A stretch of DNA of 47,489 bases, from the NCBI GenBank assembly GCA_002869635.1, contig PKUF01000136.1:1-47489 (forward strand), written 5' to 3'. Position numbers and translations under genes: made by a program. Source of the DNA: Desulfuromonas sp. GTDB lineage: Bacteria > Desulfobacterota > Desulfuromonadia > Desulfuromonadales > BM515. A model generated the notes under the pieces. That model worked only from the letters and a program-made list of their open reading frames with translations, did not search any database and was not told where the DNA came from. This document shows positions 17,183 to 26,295 of this stretch, piece by piece; positions within the stretch are counted from its first letter, which is position 1, and each line of letters starts with the position of its first letter.

Positions 17183-18583
17183 TTAACCCTCCCCCTTTTC
17201 GCCCCCTTCCCCCTCCGGCTCAAGTCCAAACTTAGCCAGACGGTAACGAATCGAGCGAAAACTGATATTCAAAAGTTCTGCAGCCCGCTTCCTTACCCCA
17301 CCACAACGCTCCAATGCCTTGAGCAGAATATCCTTCTCGATACCTCCGAGATAAGCGTCGAGATCAAGACCGTTTTCAGGCAAATCAACCAGAGGCGCTG
17401 AGACGATTGAAGAGACAAAAAACGCAGGTGGAAGCGCTGAATCATCGAGATTGCCCTTCGCTCCCAGAACGACACAGCGCTCGACAACATTAACAAGTTC
17501 ACGGATATTCCCCGGCCAAGGATAATCGAGAAGTCGCCTCATTGTCGATGGTGCGACAGTGACCTTTTCGACCCCCGTTTTTTTCTGCCAAAAAAAATCG
17601 AGCAAAAGCGGAATATCTTCTCTGCGTTCACGCAGGGGGGGGAGCGTCAGATTGATCACGTTGAGACGATAGTAGAGATCTTCGCGAAAAGTGCCGGTCT
17701 CGACTTCAACCTGTAAATCTTTGTTGGTGGCGGCAACTATTCTCACATCGACGGGAATATCTCGCGTTCCACCAACACGCCGCATCTCCCGTTCCTGCAG
17801 TACACGCAACAGTTTCACCTGCATCATCGCGGGGAGTTCACCAATTTCATCAAGAAAAAGGGTTCCACCCTTGGCAATCTCAAAGAGCCCCTGTTTCTGC
17901 TGAATCGCCCCGGTAAAGGCGCCCTTTTCATGACCGAAAAGTTCACTCTCCAGAAGATTCTCGGGAATAGCACCACAGTTCACCGGAATAAATGGCGCTC
18001 CTTTACGTTCACAATTATGGTGAATCGCCTTGGCGACCACTTCTTTGCCGGTCCCACTCTCACCGCTAACCAGAACACTGACGTTACTCGCCGCAACCTT
18101 TTCAATCAGGTCGTAGAGTTGACGCATCTTATGACTTTTTCCCACAAGCCCTGAAAAAGTGTAACGTTTTTTCAGCGCATCCTTTAAGACTCGATTTTCC
18201 TGACGCAGCGCCTTACGCTCAAGGGCATTCTGAATAATCAGGCGTACCTCTTCATTGCGAAAAGGCTTGGTAATGTAATCGTAGGCCCCATTTTTCATCG
18301 CCTCCACAGCTTCCGCCGTCGACGAAAAAGCCGTCATCATCAAAACGATCGTCTCGGGGGCAACCTTTTTGACATGAGCGAGAAGATCAAGACCACCGAG
18401 TCGTGGCATGCGGACATCGCTGATCACAAGTTCGAATTCCCCATGAGAAAGAGCCTCTTGTGCCTGAACGCCATCCTCAGCGAGATCAACCGCATAGCCT
18501 TCGCGACGCAGCATGATCCCGAGAAACTCTCGCATGCTCGCTTCATCATCCACCACAAGAATTCGTTTTTTTAGATCCCTCAC
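17183..18583 (-). CDS. pilR: Sigma54-dependent response regulator PilR
   Basis: Receiver domain, GESGTGKE, GAFTGA, Fis HTH; follows pilS, upstream of pilA. Confidence 0.93.
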   Translation of the reverse strand: MRDLKKRILVVDDEASMREFLGIMLRREGYAVDLAEDGVQAQEALSHGEFELVISDVRMPRLGGLDLLAHVKKVAPETIVLMMTAFSSTAEAVEAMKNGAYDYITKPFRNEEVRLIIQNALERKALRQENRVLKDALKKRYTFSGLVGKSHKMRQLYDLIEKVAASNVSVLVSGESGTGKEVVAKAIHHNCERKGAPFIPVNCGAIPENLLESELFGHEKGAFTGAIQQKQGLFEIAKGGTLFLDEIGELPAMMQVKLLRVLQEREMRRVGGTRDIPVDVRIVAATNKDLQVEVETGTFREDLYYRLNVINLTLPPLRERREDIPLLLDFFWQKKTGVEKVTVAPSTMRRLLDYPWPGNIRELVNVVERCVVLGAKGNLDDSALPPAFFVSSIVSAPLVDLPENGLDLDAYLGGIEKDILLKALERCGGVRKRAAELLNISFRSIRYRLAKFGLEPEGEGGEKGEG

Positions 18584-20256
18584 AACACATCCTCATTCTG
18601 ACCGCACTCTCCTTCGGAAGAGGAGAGTTCAATCCGCATCACTGTTCCTGAATCACGCCCCTGCTGAACGGTTATACGTCCACCATGTGCCTCGATAATC
18701 GCGTGCACGGTTGGCAGTCCGAGTCCACTCCCTCGTTCTTTTGTGGTGAAGAATGGATCGAAGATACGAGTTTGTAACTCGTGCGGAATACCAGGGCCAT
18801 TATCCTCAATTTGTATCCACAGGGGGGATCCCCCTGCCGCAACACGAACAGTCCCACCCTCTGCGGGGGTTGCTTCACAGGCATTAACCATAAGATTCCA
18901 GAGAGCTTGACGTACCTGACGCAAATCGACACAGGCGACCAACGATTCGGGATAGTCCCGCACAAAAGTCACGGCCGAAAAACGCTGATCAGCCTCATTC
19001 AATTCAACCAATTCATTCAACATACAAGCAAGATCAACCTCACCTAAGTCGGGATCGGCCGGGCGGGCAAAAGCGAGAAAATCGGTCAAAAGCTGATTGA
19101 GTCGATCGGCTTCCCGCACAACAATACTCAACAGTTGACGCTCTTCCTGCTGGAGATCTGTTTCCTCCAGAAGGAGTTGTACCGATCCACTCATCGATGC
19201 AAGAGGGTTCCTTATCTCGTGGGCTAATCCGGCGGCAAGTTGGCCAACGGCGGCAAGGTGGTCAGCTCGCTTTAGCCCCTGCTCCATCTTTTTCAAATAT
19301 GTCAGGTCCTGAAAGGTCACCAAAAGACCAAGGGGGTCACCGGCGTCGTTATCAACAAGTGTCGAGCTAAAGCCAATGGTTAACTCCCGACCATCAGCAG
19401 TAAGAACTGTCCCTTCACCGCGGGGAACAAGCAAGGGTTTCTGGTCATAGACCTCAATGTTCGGGAATTGTTCAACAATCAACCGATCATATATATCAAG
19501 GAGTTTGAAACCTGTCATCTCTTCAGCGGCGCGATTGAACGCTCTTATCCGCCCCTGAGGATTCACGATCATCAAGCCACTGCGAATATTGGCGGCAATG
19601 GCACGGTTGAGGGTTTCAAGTTCTCGCGCATCAATTCTCTGCTGCTGTAACTCCTCTTGACTGCGTTGAAGACGCGAGGAGAGGCTTGCACCAAGCAAAG
19701 ACGAGATCAAGTACGCGGTAACATGAACAAAAACGGCATAAAAAACATCCCGACCATCAAGGGGATACATTAAGGAGATCCCGAGTCCCTCGACAAAATA
19801 GCCGTAATATTGAAGATTGAGAAGACTTCCGTAGAGGATCGCCGAGGCTGAGGCAACAAAAAAGATTTCTCTTGCGGGGAGGAAAACACTGGCGCTGAGA
19901 ACAATCAGGATATAGAGCGAAGGGAAGAGGCTTTCGGCCACGCCTGTCGCAAAAATCAACAGGGTGACCAGAAGAAGGTCCCAAACAATCTGACTGTGGA
20001 TAAAGAGGGAATCCCGAACCTGATGCCGCAGAAGAAACGCCGAAATGAGCCCATGCAGATAGGACGTCCCTATCAACACATAAAGAAGAGCGAGAGAAGG
20101 GGTCCAAATTTCTGCCTGCCCACGAAACTGGAACAGGATCGTCCCAGAGAGCAAAAGCGTAATAAAGAAAAGACGAAAAAAAAGATACCACGCAAGAGCA
20201 AGCGTGGAGAATGGAGACTCCCCGGAGCGAGCACCCCCGGGGAGTTTAGCAGTCAT
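18580..20256 (-). CDS. pilS: Sensor histidine kinase PilS
   Basis: Multi-TM N-terminus, PAS-like domain, AHEIRNPL, DNGPGI, FFTTK, GLGL; pilC-pilS-pilR synteny. Confidence 0.92.
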   Translation of the reverse strand: MTAKLPGGARSGESPFSTLALAWYLFFRLFFITLLLSGTILFQFRGQAEIWTPSLALLYVLIGTSYLHGLISAFLLRHQVRDSLFIHSQIVWDLLLVTLLIFATGVAESLFPSLYILIVLSASVFLPAREIFFVASASAILYGSLLNLQYYGYFVEGLGISLMYPLDGRDVFYAVFVHVTAYLISSLLGASLSSRLQRSQEELQQQRIDARELETLNRAIAANIRSGLMIVNPQGRIRAFNRAAEEMTGFKLLDIYDRLIVEQFPNIEVYDQKPLLVPRGEGTVLTADGRELTIGFSSTLVDNDAGDPLGLLVTFQDLTYLKKMEQGLKRADHLAAVGQLAAGLAHEIRNPLASMSGSVQLLLEETDLQQEERQLLSIVVREADRLNQLLTDFLAFARPADPDLGEVDLACMLNELVELNEADQRFSAVTFVRDYPESLVACVDLRQVRQALWNLMVNACEATPAEGGTVRVAAGGSPLWIQIEDNGPGIPHELQTRIFDPFFTTKERGSGLGLPTVHAIIEAHGGRITVQQGRDSGTVMRIELSSSEGECGQNEDVL

Positions 20257-20258
20257 GC

Positions 20259-21470
20259 TTACCCCCCGGCAGCGCCGGCGAGTTTAAAGATCGGTAAGTA
20301 CATAGCGATAACCAGACCGCCAACTGTTGTGCCAAGAAAAAGCATCAGCAACGGCTCCATCATGGCGGTTAGATTCCCGACTGCATCATCGACTTCATCG
20401 TCATAAAAGTCGGCAATTTTATTAAGCATGGTATCAATCGCCCCCGCCTGCTCACCGACAGCGATCATCTGACACACCATCGAAGGGAAAACACCTGACT
20501 TCTCAAGAGGTTCTGAAATCGTTTTCCCCTCACTGATACTCTGTCGTACGCTATAAATCGCCTTTTCGACAGTTTTGTTCCCCGCCGTCTTGGCCACAAT
20601 ATCAAGGCCATCGAGAATAGGAACCCCGCTGGAAATCATGGTTCCCAGCGTTCGAGTAAATTTTGCCACCGCAACCTTACGGACAAGAATGCCCATCACG
20701 GGGAGTTTAAGGGCAAGGTCATCGACAATCACTCGCCCCTTATTCGTTGAATAAAACTTCTTAAACCCAAATATTAAACCAACGCCCCCCCCAATGATCA
20801 CAAGTATATAATTCTGTATAAAATTACTGATATTGATAACAACCTGTGTCGGCATCGGCAAGGCCCCGCCAAAATCAGCAAACATCTTTTCAAAGGCAGG
20901 GATAACAAAAACAAGAATGACCGCAATAACAACAAAGGCGATACCGATAATTGTTGTCGGATAGGTCATCGCACTTTTAACCTGTTTTTTTAGCTTCTGT
21001 GCCTTTTCAATATAGGCGGCCAAACGATTCAAAATCGTATCGAGAATACCGCCAATCTCCCCCGCAGCCACAAGGTTAACGAAGAGTTCGTCAAAAACCT
21101 TAGGGTGCTTTTTCAGCGAATCAGCAAAGGTCGCTCCCGACTCAACACCTTCTTTAACATCAACCAGAATTTTCTTAAAGGTCTTGTTCTCCTGCTGACT
21201 TGAAAGAATATCCAGACACTGAACCAGAGGAAGACCTGCATCGATCATCGTGGAAAACTGACGGGTAAAAACGACGATATCCTTGGTGACGACCTTGGGT
21301 TCAAACATCTTAAGTTCGACGTCGAGCCCCTTACCGCGCTCTTTCACCTTGGAGGTGATGATCCCCTGACTGCGCAGCAGATTGCTGACCGTCGCCTCGT
21401 TCGGCGCCTCGGTCTCCCCCTTGACAACCTCGCCTTGGCGATTTTTACCTTCCCAGGAAAATTTAGGCAT
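20259..21470 (-). CDS. pilC: Type IV pilus platform protein PilC
   Basis: FTRQFSTMIDAGLPL, AGEIGG.LD, SAMTYP, GEQAG, MYLPIF. Confidence 0.97.
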   Translation of the reverse strand: MPKFSWEGKNRQGEVVKGETEAPNEATVSNLLRSQGIITSKVKERGKGLDVELKMFEPKVVTKDIVVFTRQFSTMIDAGLPLVQCLDILSSQQENKTFKKILVDVKEGVESGATFADSLKKHPKVFDELFVNLVAAGEIGGILDTILNRLAAYIEKAQKLKKQVKSAMTYPTTIIGIAFVVIAVILVFVIPAFEKMFADFGGALPMPTQVVINISNFIQNYILVIIGGGVGLIFGFKKFYSTNKGRVIVDDLALKLPVMGILVRKVAVAKFTRTLGTMISSGVPILDGLDIVAKTAGNKTVEKAIYSVRQSISEGKTISEPLEKSGVFPSMVCQMIAVGEQAGAIDTMLNKIADFYDDEVDDAVGNLTAMMEPLLMLFLGTTVGGLVIAMYLPIFKLAGAAGG

Positions 21471-21502
21471 CCCTTACAACCTCCAAAAACCATTAGCCCA
21501 GA

Positions 21503-22615
21503 TCAGGACCTACGCGAAGCCCCTCCCGGAGCTTGACGCTTGAGTACTGCAGCCGGATTAGCAATCATCTGTTTCAATTCTTCGGTATCGGAAGAGCGAA
21601 CAAGTGCCATATCCATCGAAATCAGCTTTTTATGATAGAGCATGAAGAGTGCCTGATTCATGGTCTGCATGCCGTACTTATCTTGCCCCATCTGCATCTG
21701 GGAATAGATCTGATGAATTTTATCATCACGAATCAAAGAGCGAATCGCCAGATTAGGCACCATAACCTCAAGAGCAAGGGACCGTCCTTTCCCGCTAGAA
21801 TTGGGGATCAGGGTCTGGGACATGACCCCTTCCAACACGAAAGAGAGCTGAGTTCGCACCTGTTGTTGCTGGTTGGTCGGGAAGACATCAACGATTCGAT
21901 TGATCGTCTGAACACAGGAGTTGGTGTGCAATGTGGCGAAACAGAGGTGACCGGTTTCAGCAATGGTCAAAGCAGCTTCTATCGTTTCCAAATCACGAAG
22001 TTCGCCGACCAGAACGACGTCGGGATCCTGACGTAGAATCGATTTAAGGGCACGTTTGAAGGAGTTGGTGTCAGAACCGACTTCGCGCTGATTCACCACA
22101 CACTTTTTGTGCGGATGGATAAATTCGATGGGGTCCTCAATCGTGACAATATGTTCCCGCCGCTCACAGTTAATCGCATCAATAATTGAGGCAAGGGTCG
22201 TCGACTTACAACTCCCTGTAGGCCCCGTAACCAAAACAAGGCCTCTCGGTTTGCGAGAGATATCACGTACCACTTGGGGGAGTTTCAAGTCTTCAAACGA
22301 TAGAATCTTGTAGGGAATAAGACGAAAAACCCCCGCCATCGCCCCACGCTGCATAAAGACGTTGCCACGGAAACGGGCCAGACCTTTAACGCCGAAGGAG
22401 AAGTCGAGCTCAAGTTCCTCTTCAAAACGCCGCTTTTGAGCATCAGTAAGAATGCTGTAACAGAGCTGTTTGGTGTCTGTTCCCTGCAGTGGCGGCAGAC
22501 GCATGGGGGTCATATGACCATCGACGCGAATCTGCGGCGGGGTTCCCGTGGTGATATGCAGGTCGGAAGAGCCCTGCTCGACCATTGTTTTAAGGAGCTG
22601 ATGAATGGAGGCCAT
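21503..22615 (-). CDS. pilT: Pilus retraction ATPase PilT (Walker A reads GPTGSCKST)
   Basis: SDLHI, TIEDPIE, LRQDPD, GELRD, AETGH, TLHT, AIRSLIRD; pilB-pilT-pilC order. Confidence 0.95.
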   Translation of the reverse strand: MASIHQLLKTMVEQGSSDLHITTGTPPQIRVDGHMTPMRLPPLQGTDTKQLCYSILTDAQKRRFEEELELDFSFGVKGLARFRGNVFMQRGAMAGVFRLIPYKILSFEDLKLPQVVRDISRKPRGLVLVTGPTGSCKSTTLASIIDAINCERREHIVTIEDPIEFIHPHKKCVVNQREVGSDTNSFKRALKSILRQDPDVVLVGELRDLETIEAALTIAETGHLCFATLHTNSCVQTINRIVDVFPTNQQQQVRTQLSFVLEGVMSQTLIPNSSGKGRSLALEVMVPNLAIRSLIRDDKIHQIYSQMQMGQDKYGMQTMNQALFMLYHKKLISMDMALVRSSDTEELKQMIANPAAVLKRQAPGGASRRS

Positions 22616-22655
22616 ATAAAGTAAAATCCCTCGTTAGGGTCTATGACACGTACGT

Positions 22656-24359
22656 TTAGCCTTCGTCAGAAACGGTACAACGCAGCACCTCTTCGAAGGT
22701 TGTCACCCCCTCTTGAAGTTTGGTCAACGCCGACTGACGCATACTCTTAACCCCGATACGCATCGATTCACGCTTGATCTCAGCGGTATTGGCGCCAGCG
22801 AGAACCATCTCTTTGAGTTCCTCAAACATCGGCATGACCTGATAGATCCCGACGCGCCCTTTGTAGCCGGTATCGTTGCAGATGGAGCACCCCTTCCCTT
22901 TGTAGCAGACCGTATTCTCCGCCTCCTCGGGGGTGAGACCCGACTCAATCAGGGACTCTTTTGGGATCTCTTCCGGTTCCTTACACTCACCACAGACCCG
23001 CCGCCCGAGACGCTGGGCCGTAATCAAATTGACCGCCGAGGAGACGAGGAACGGCTCAATCCCCATATTGAGAAGACGGTTGATGGTACTCGGCGCATCA
23101 TTGGTGTGGAGGGTCGAGAGGACGAGGTGACCGGTCAGCGCCGCCTTGACCCCGATCTCAGCGGTCTCAAAGTCGCGGATCTCCCCGATCATGATAATGT
23201 CGGGGTCCTGGCGCAAGAAGGCACGCAGGGCCGAGGCGAAGTTCAGACCGATCTCCTCGTGCATCTGAACCTGATTGATCCCGGCGAAGTTGAATTCCAC
23301 CGGGTCCTCGGCGGTCGAGATATTTTCGGTCACCTTATTCAGTTCACCGAGCGCCGAGTAGAGAGAGACGGTCTTCCCCGAACCGGTGGGGCCGGTGACC
23401 AGACACATGCCAAACGGCTTGTGAATCTCTTTTTTAAACCAGGCAAGCGCCTGCTCTTCATAACCGAGTTTGGTCATGTCGAGCTGCAGATTCGACTTGT
23501 CAAGCAGCCGCAAACAGATCTTCTCACCAAAGAGGGTCGGTAAACAGTTGACACGATAGTCCATGTCGTTGCCGCCGGGGAGTTTGATCTTGATACGTCC
23601 ATCCTGAGGCAGACGCCGTTCGGCGATATCCATCTCCGACATGATCTTGATACGAGAGGTAATCGCATTTTTGAGCTTCATCGGCGGCTTCATGACCTCA
23701 TAGAGGACACCGTCGATGCGATAACGGACCCGGAATGACTTCTCGTACGGCTCAATATGAATATCCGACGCCTTACGCTTGATCGCATCGGTGAGGATCA
23801 GGTTGCAAAGCTTGACGACCGGCGCATCCTCTGTCGCTTTGGCGAGATCACTCGCGTCAATATCCTCATCTTCATCAACAACCTCGACATCAATATCTTC
23901 AAGTTCGTTCATGACGTCGGCCATCGAAGCGCTCTGATCGTAATACTTGTCGATCGACTGCTTGATGGAGGTCTCCGGCGCGACAACAACCTCAACGTTG
24001 TAGCCGGACATGAACTTGATATCGTCGATAGCAAAGATATTGGAAGGGTCGCTCATGGCGACGATCAGGGTCGAACCAGCTCGATTGATCGGGACGACCT
24101 GATACTTTTGAGCAACTTCGGGGGGGACGAGCCGGATGACAGCCGGATCGATCTCAAACTCATTGAGGTTAATGGAAGGGACGCCGTACTGACGAGAAAG
24201 AAAGGCAGCGAGGTCTTCTTCCTTGAGGAAACCAAGCTTGATCAGCACCCCGCCAAGACGCCCCCCCTGTGCCTTTTGTTCCTGCAAAGCCTGCAGTAAC
24301 TGGGCTTCGGTAATCAGCTTGTTGCGGACCAATAACTGTCCGAGACGATCATTGCTCAT
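22656..24359 (-). CDS. pilB: Pilus assembly ATPase PilB
   Basis: N-terminal MshEN-like RLGQLL, ASDIHIEP, RLPQDGR, GPTGSGKT, EDPVE, tetracysteine Zn motif. Confidence 0.97.
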   Translation of the reverse strand: MSNDRLGQLLVRNKLITEAQLLQALQEQKAQGGRLGGVLIKLGFLKEEDLAAFLSRQYGVPSINLNEFEIDPAVIRLVPPEVAQKYQVVPINRAGSTLIVAMSDPSNIFAIDDIKFMSGYNVEVVVAPETSIKQSIDKYYDQSASMADVMNELEDIDVEVVDEDEDIDASDLAKATEDAPVVKLCNLILTDAIKRKASDIHIEPYEKSFRVRYRIDGVLYEVMKPPMKLKNAITSRIKIMSEMDIAERRLPQDGRIKIKLPGGNDMDYRVNCLPTLFGEKICLRLLDKSNLQLDMTKLGYEEQALAWFKKEIHKPFGMCLVTGPTGSGKTVSLYSALGELNKVTENISTAEDPVEFNFAGINQVQMHEEIGLNFASALRAFLRQDPDIIMIGEIRDFETAEIGVKAALTGHLVLSTLHTNDAPSTINRLLNMGIEPFLVSSAVNLITAQRLGRRVCGECKEPEEIPKESLIESGLTPEEAENTVCYKGKGCSICNDTGYKGRVGIYQVMPMFEELKEMVLAGANTAEIKRESMRIGVKSMRQSALTKLQEGVTTFEEVLRCTVSDEG

Positions 24360-24403
24360 AGAGTATCGGCTCTCCTAAAAAACTAAATAAAAACAGATTT
24401 AAC

Positions 24404-24432
24404 ATTCTATGAAACGGTTGTTGGCCTGTCAA
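24404..24432 (-). promoter_or_regulatory. Sigma70 promoter of pilB-pilT-pilC
   Basis: TTGACA (24427-24432)-N17-TAGAAT (24404-24409). Confidence 0.75.
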
Positions 24433-24446
24433 GAAATGCACGGGCC

Positions 24447-25313
24447 TCATTCATGGGAAAGTTCCAGAGCGCGCCGCATCGTCCCAGGAGCGAGACAACG
24501 TGAAGTCCAGAGGCGAAAGGCCTCTTCGCCTTGCCCGGCGAGCATGCCGAGGCCATCGACAGCGCGAATCCCTTTTTGCCGTGCCGCCTCAACCAGCGGT
24601 GTCGTACTCCCCTGCGCATAGACCATGTCATAGACCAGCGTCGATGTCGACAACGCATCGAGATTAAGCCCGGGAAGCGTTTCGCCCTTCAGACCGACCG
24701 ATGTGGTATTGACCAAAAGATGCAATGCTGCCGGGAACGCTCCGGCAAGGGTTTCAGCAAAAGGGAGTGCCTCAAGCAATGTTCCGGGATACAACGGGGA
24801 AAACTCGTTGACCAGAGCCGCGGCCCTGGCAAAATTTCGGTTAGCAATAGCGACACGTGCCGCCCCGGCGCGACAGAGGGCGACCAAGGCCGCTCGACAG
24901 GCCCCACCGGCCCCCAGCAGAAGAATCCTTTTTTTCTCGGCACAGAGGTCGAGATCCTGCTGCAAAGAGGTGATAAAACCGATGCCGTCGGTATTGTAGC
25001 CGATCAACTTCCCCTGCAGCGGCACCACCGTATTAACCGCCCCGATCAGTCGCGCATCCTCATCAAGGTCATCACAAAAAGGGACGATCTTCTCTTTATG
25101 GGGGACGGTGACGTTGATCCCTGCAAGGTGAAGAGTCCGGATCGATTCGACCGCAGCCGGAAGATCCTCGGGACGCACCCGAAACGGGACATAGATACCA
25201 TCGATACCCTCTTGCTGCAGCGCCGCATTCTGCATGACCGGAGAAAGAGAGTGGGCGATGGGGTCACCGAAAATAGCAAAAACCGCTGTCTGACCTTGCA
25301 CCATGGTTGTCAT
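24447..25313 (-). CDS. aroE: Shikimate dehydrogenase
   Basis: HSLSP, NVTVPHK, GAVNT, NTDG, GAGGA, NTTSVG, DMVY, DGLGML; ATGA overlap with ribF. Confidence 0.95.
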   Translation of the reverse strand: MTTMVQGQTAVFAIFGDPIAHSLSPVMQNAALQQEGIDGIYVPFRVRPEDLPAAVESIRTLHLAGINVTVPHKEKIVPFCDDLDEDARLIGAVNTVVPLQGKLIGYNTDGIGFITSLQQDLDLCAEKKRILLLGAGGACRAALVALCRAGAARVAIANRNFARAAALVNEFSPLYPGTLLEALPFAETLAGAFPAALHLLVNTTSVGLKGETLPGLNLDALSTSTLVYDMVYAQGSTTPLVEAARQKGIRAVDGLGMLAGQGEEAFRLWTSRCLAPGTMRRALELSHE

Positions 25314-26293
25314 TCCTTCGCCCCGACATGGGGACAATCAAGGTAGTCCCGGTAGACACGCACCCGCGTTACCGCAAGCAGTTTCCGTGCCTGAGCAATA
25401 TCAGAACGGATCGCGGCAATCAGAGTTTCAACCGAATCGAATCGAACTTCGGCCCGCAACCGGGAGAGAAAGTAGATTCTTAATGTCTCTCCATAAATAG
25501 ACGCTGAAAAATCAAGGAGATGGACCTCAATGGTCAGCTCTTCGCCATCGAAGGTCGGATTCTTACCGATGTTGACCACGGCATCGTGCCACTGATCATC
25601 TCGACAAACCTTGACAGCATAGACCCCTTCGGCCGGGAGAAGTTCTTTTTCGGTCTTCAGATTGGCGGTAGGAAAACCGAGCTGCCCCCCCCCTCGCCCG
25701 GCGCCGTGGACCACCTCTCCCTCAAGGGTAAAATGACGCCCCAAAAGAGGTACCACCGCCTCGACCGCTCCGGCCGCCACCAGTTCTCGAATCCGCGTTG
25801 AGCTGTAGACCTCCTCGTGCATCCGCACCGGCTCAAGAACCTCGACAGTAAAACCGAATTCTTCCCCGAGGTGGCGCAGCAAATCGGCATCCCCCTGTCG
25901 GTCCTTACCAAACGCATAGTCATATCCGATGAAGAGTTGCTTCATCCCTAACTGTCTAACGAGAATATCACGGACAAAATCACGCGCACTCAACGCCGCC
26001 AGACCGTGGTCAAACGACAGAGCCAAAAGGGTGTCGATGCAGGAGGCCGCGATCAACCGCTCCTTCTCGGCATAGGTGTTGATCAGACGTGGCGCTTTGA
26101 TCGGTGCCAGAAACTTGAGGGGGTGCGGGACAAAGGTCACCACCACCGTCGGCATTTCAAGTTCAAGCCCCGCTCGCACCACCTTGCGAAAGAGCTCACG
26201 ATGGCCAAGATGCACACCGTCGAAATTGCCGATGGTCACCACGCTGGCAAGTAGAGGGGTCTCCAAAGCTGAAAGACTATGCAAGATCCGCAT
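25310..26293 (-). CDS. ribF: Bifunctional riboflavin kinase/FAD synthetase
   Basis: IGNFDGVHLGH, SSTRIR, LGFPTAN, GVYAV, EVHLLDF; start set at MRILHSL. Confidence 0.95.
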   Translation of the reverse strand: MRILHSLSALETPLLASVVTIGNFDGVHLGHRELFRKVVRAGLELEMPTVVVTFVPHPLKFLAPIKAPRLINTYAEKERLIAASCIDTLLALSFDHGLAALSARDFVRDILVRQLGMKQLFIGYDYAFGKDRQGDADLLRHLGEEFGFTVEVLEPVRMHEEVYSSTRIRELVAAGAVEAVVPLLGRHFTLEGEVVHGAGRGGGQLGFPTANLKTEKELLPAEGVYAVKVCRDDQWHDAVVNIGKNPTFDGEELTIEVHLLDFSASIYGETLRIYFLSRLRAEVRFDSVETLIAAIRSDIAQARKLLAVTRVRVYRDYLDCPHVGAKE

Positions 26294-26295
26294 CG

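Noticed and set aside
17119-17229. 107-aa version of the second pilin from the ORF track
   Set aside because: Extension overlaps the pilR 3' end and the predicted promoter; ATG 17118 gives a normal 11-aa basic leader
22713-25346. Long plus-strand ORFs (276, 180, 271 aa) opposite pilB and aroE; likewise 43614..44354 and 45557..46519
   Set aside because: Antisense frames kept open by GC-rich codon bias of well-supported minus-strand genes
25685-25693. G9 tract in ribF as a phase-variation site (also G8 in pilC and asnB)
   Set aside because: In frame, at Gly codons in genes unlikely to phase-vary; shows G-runs are partly background here
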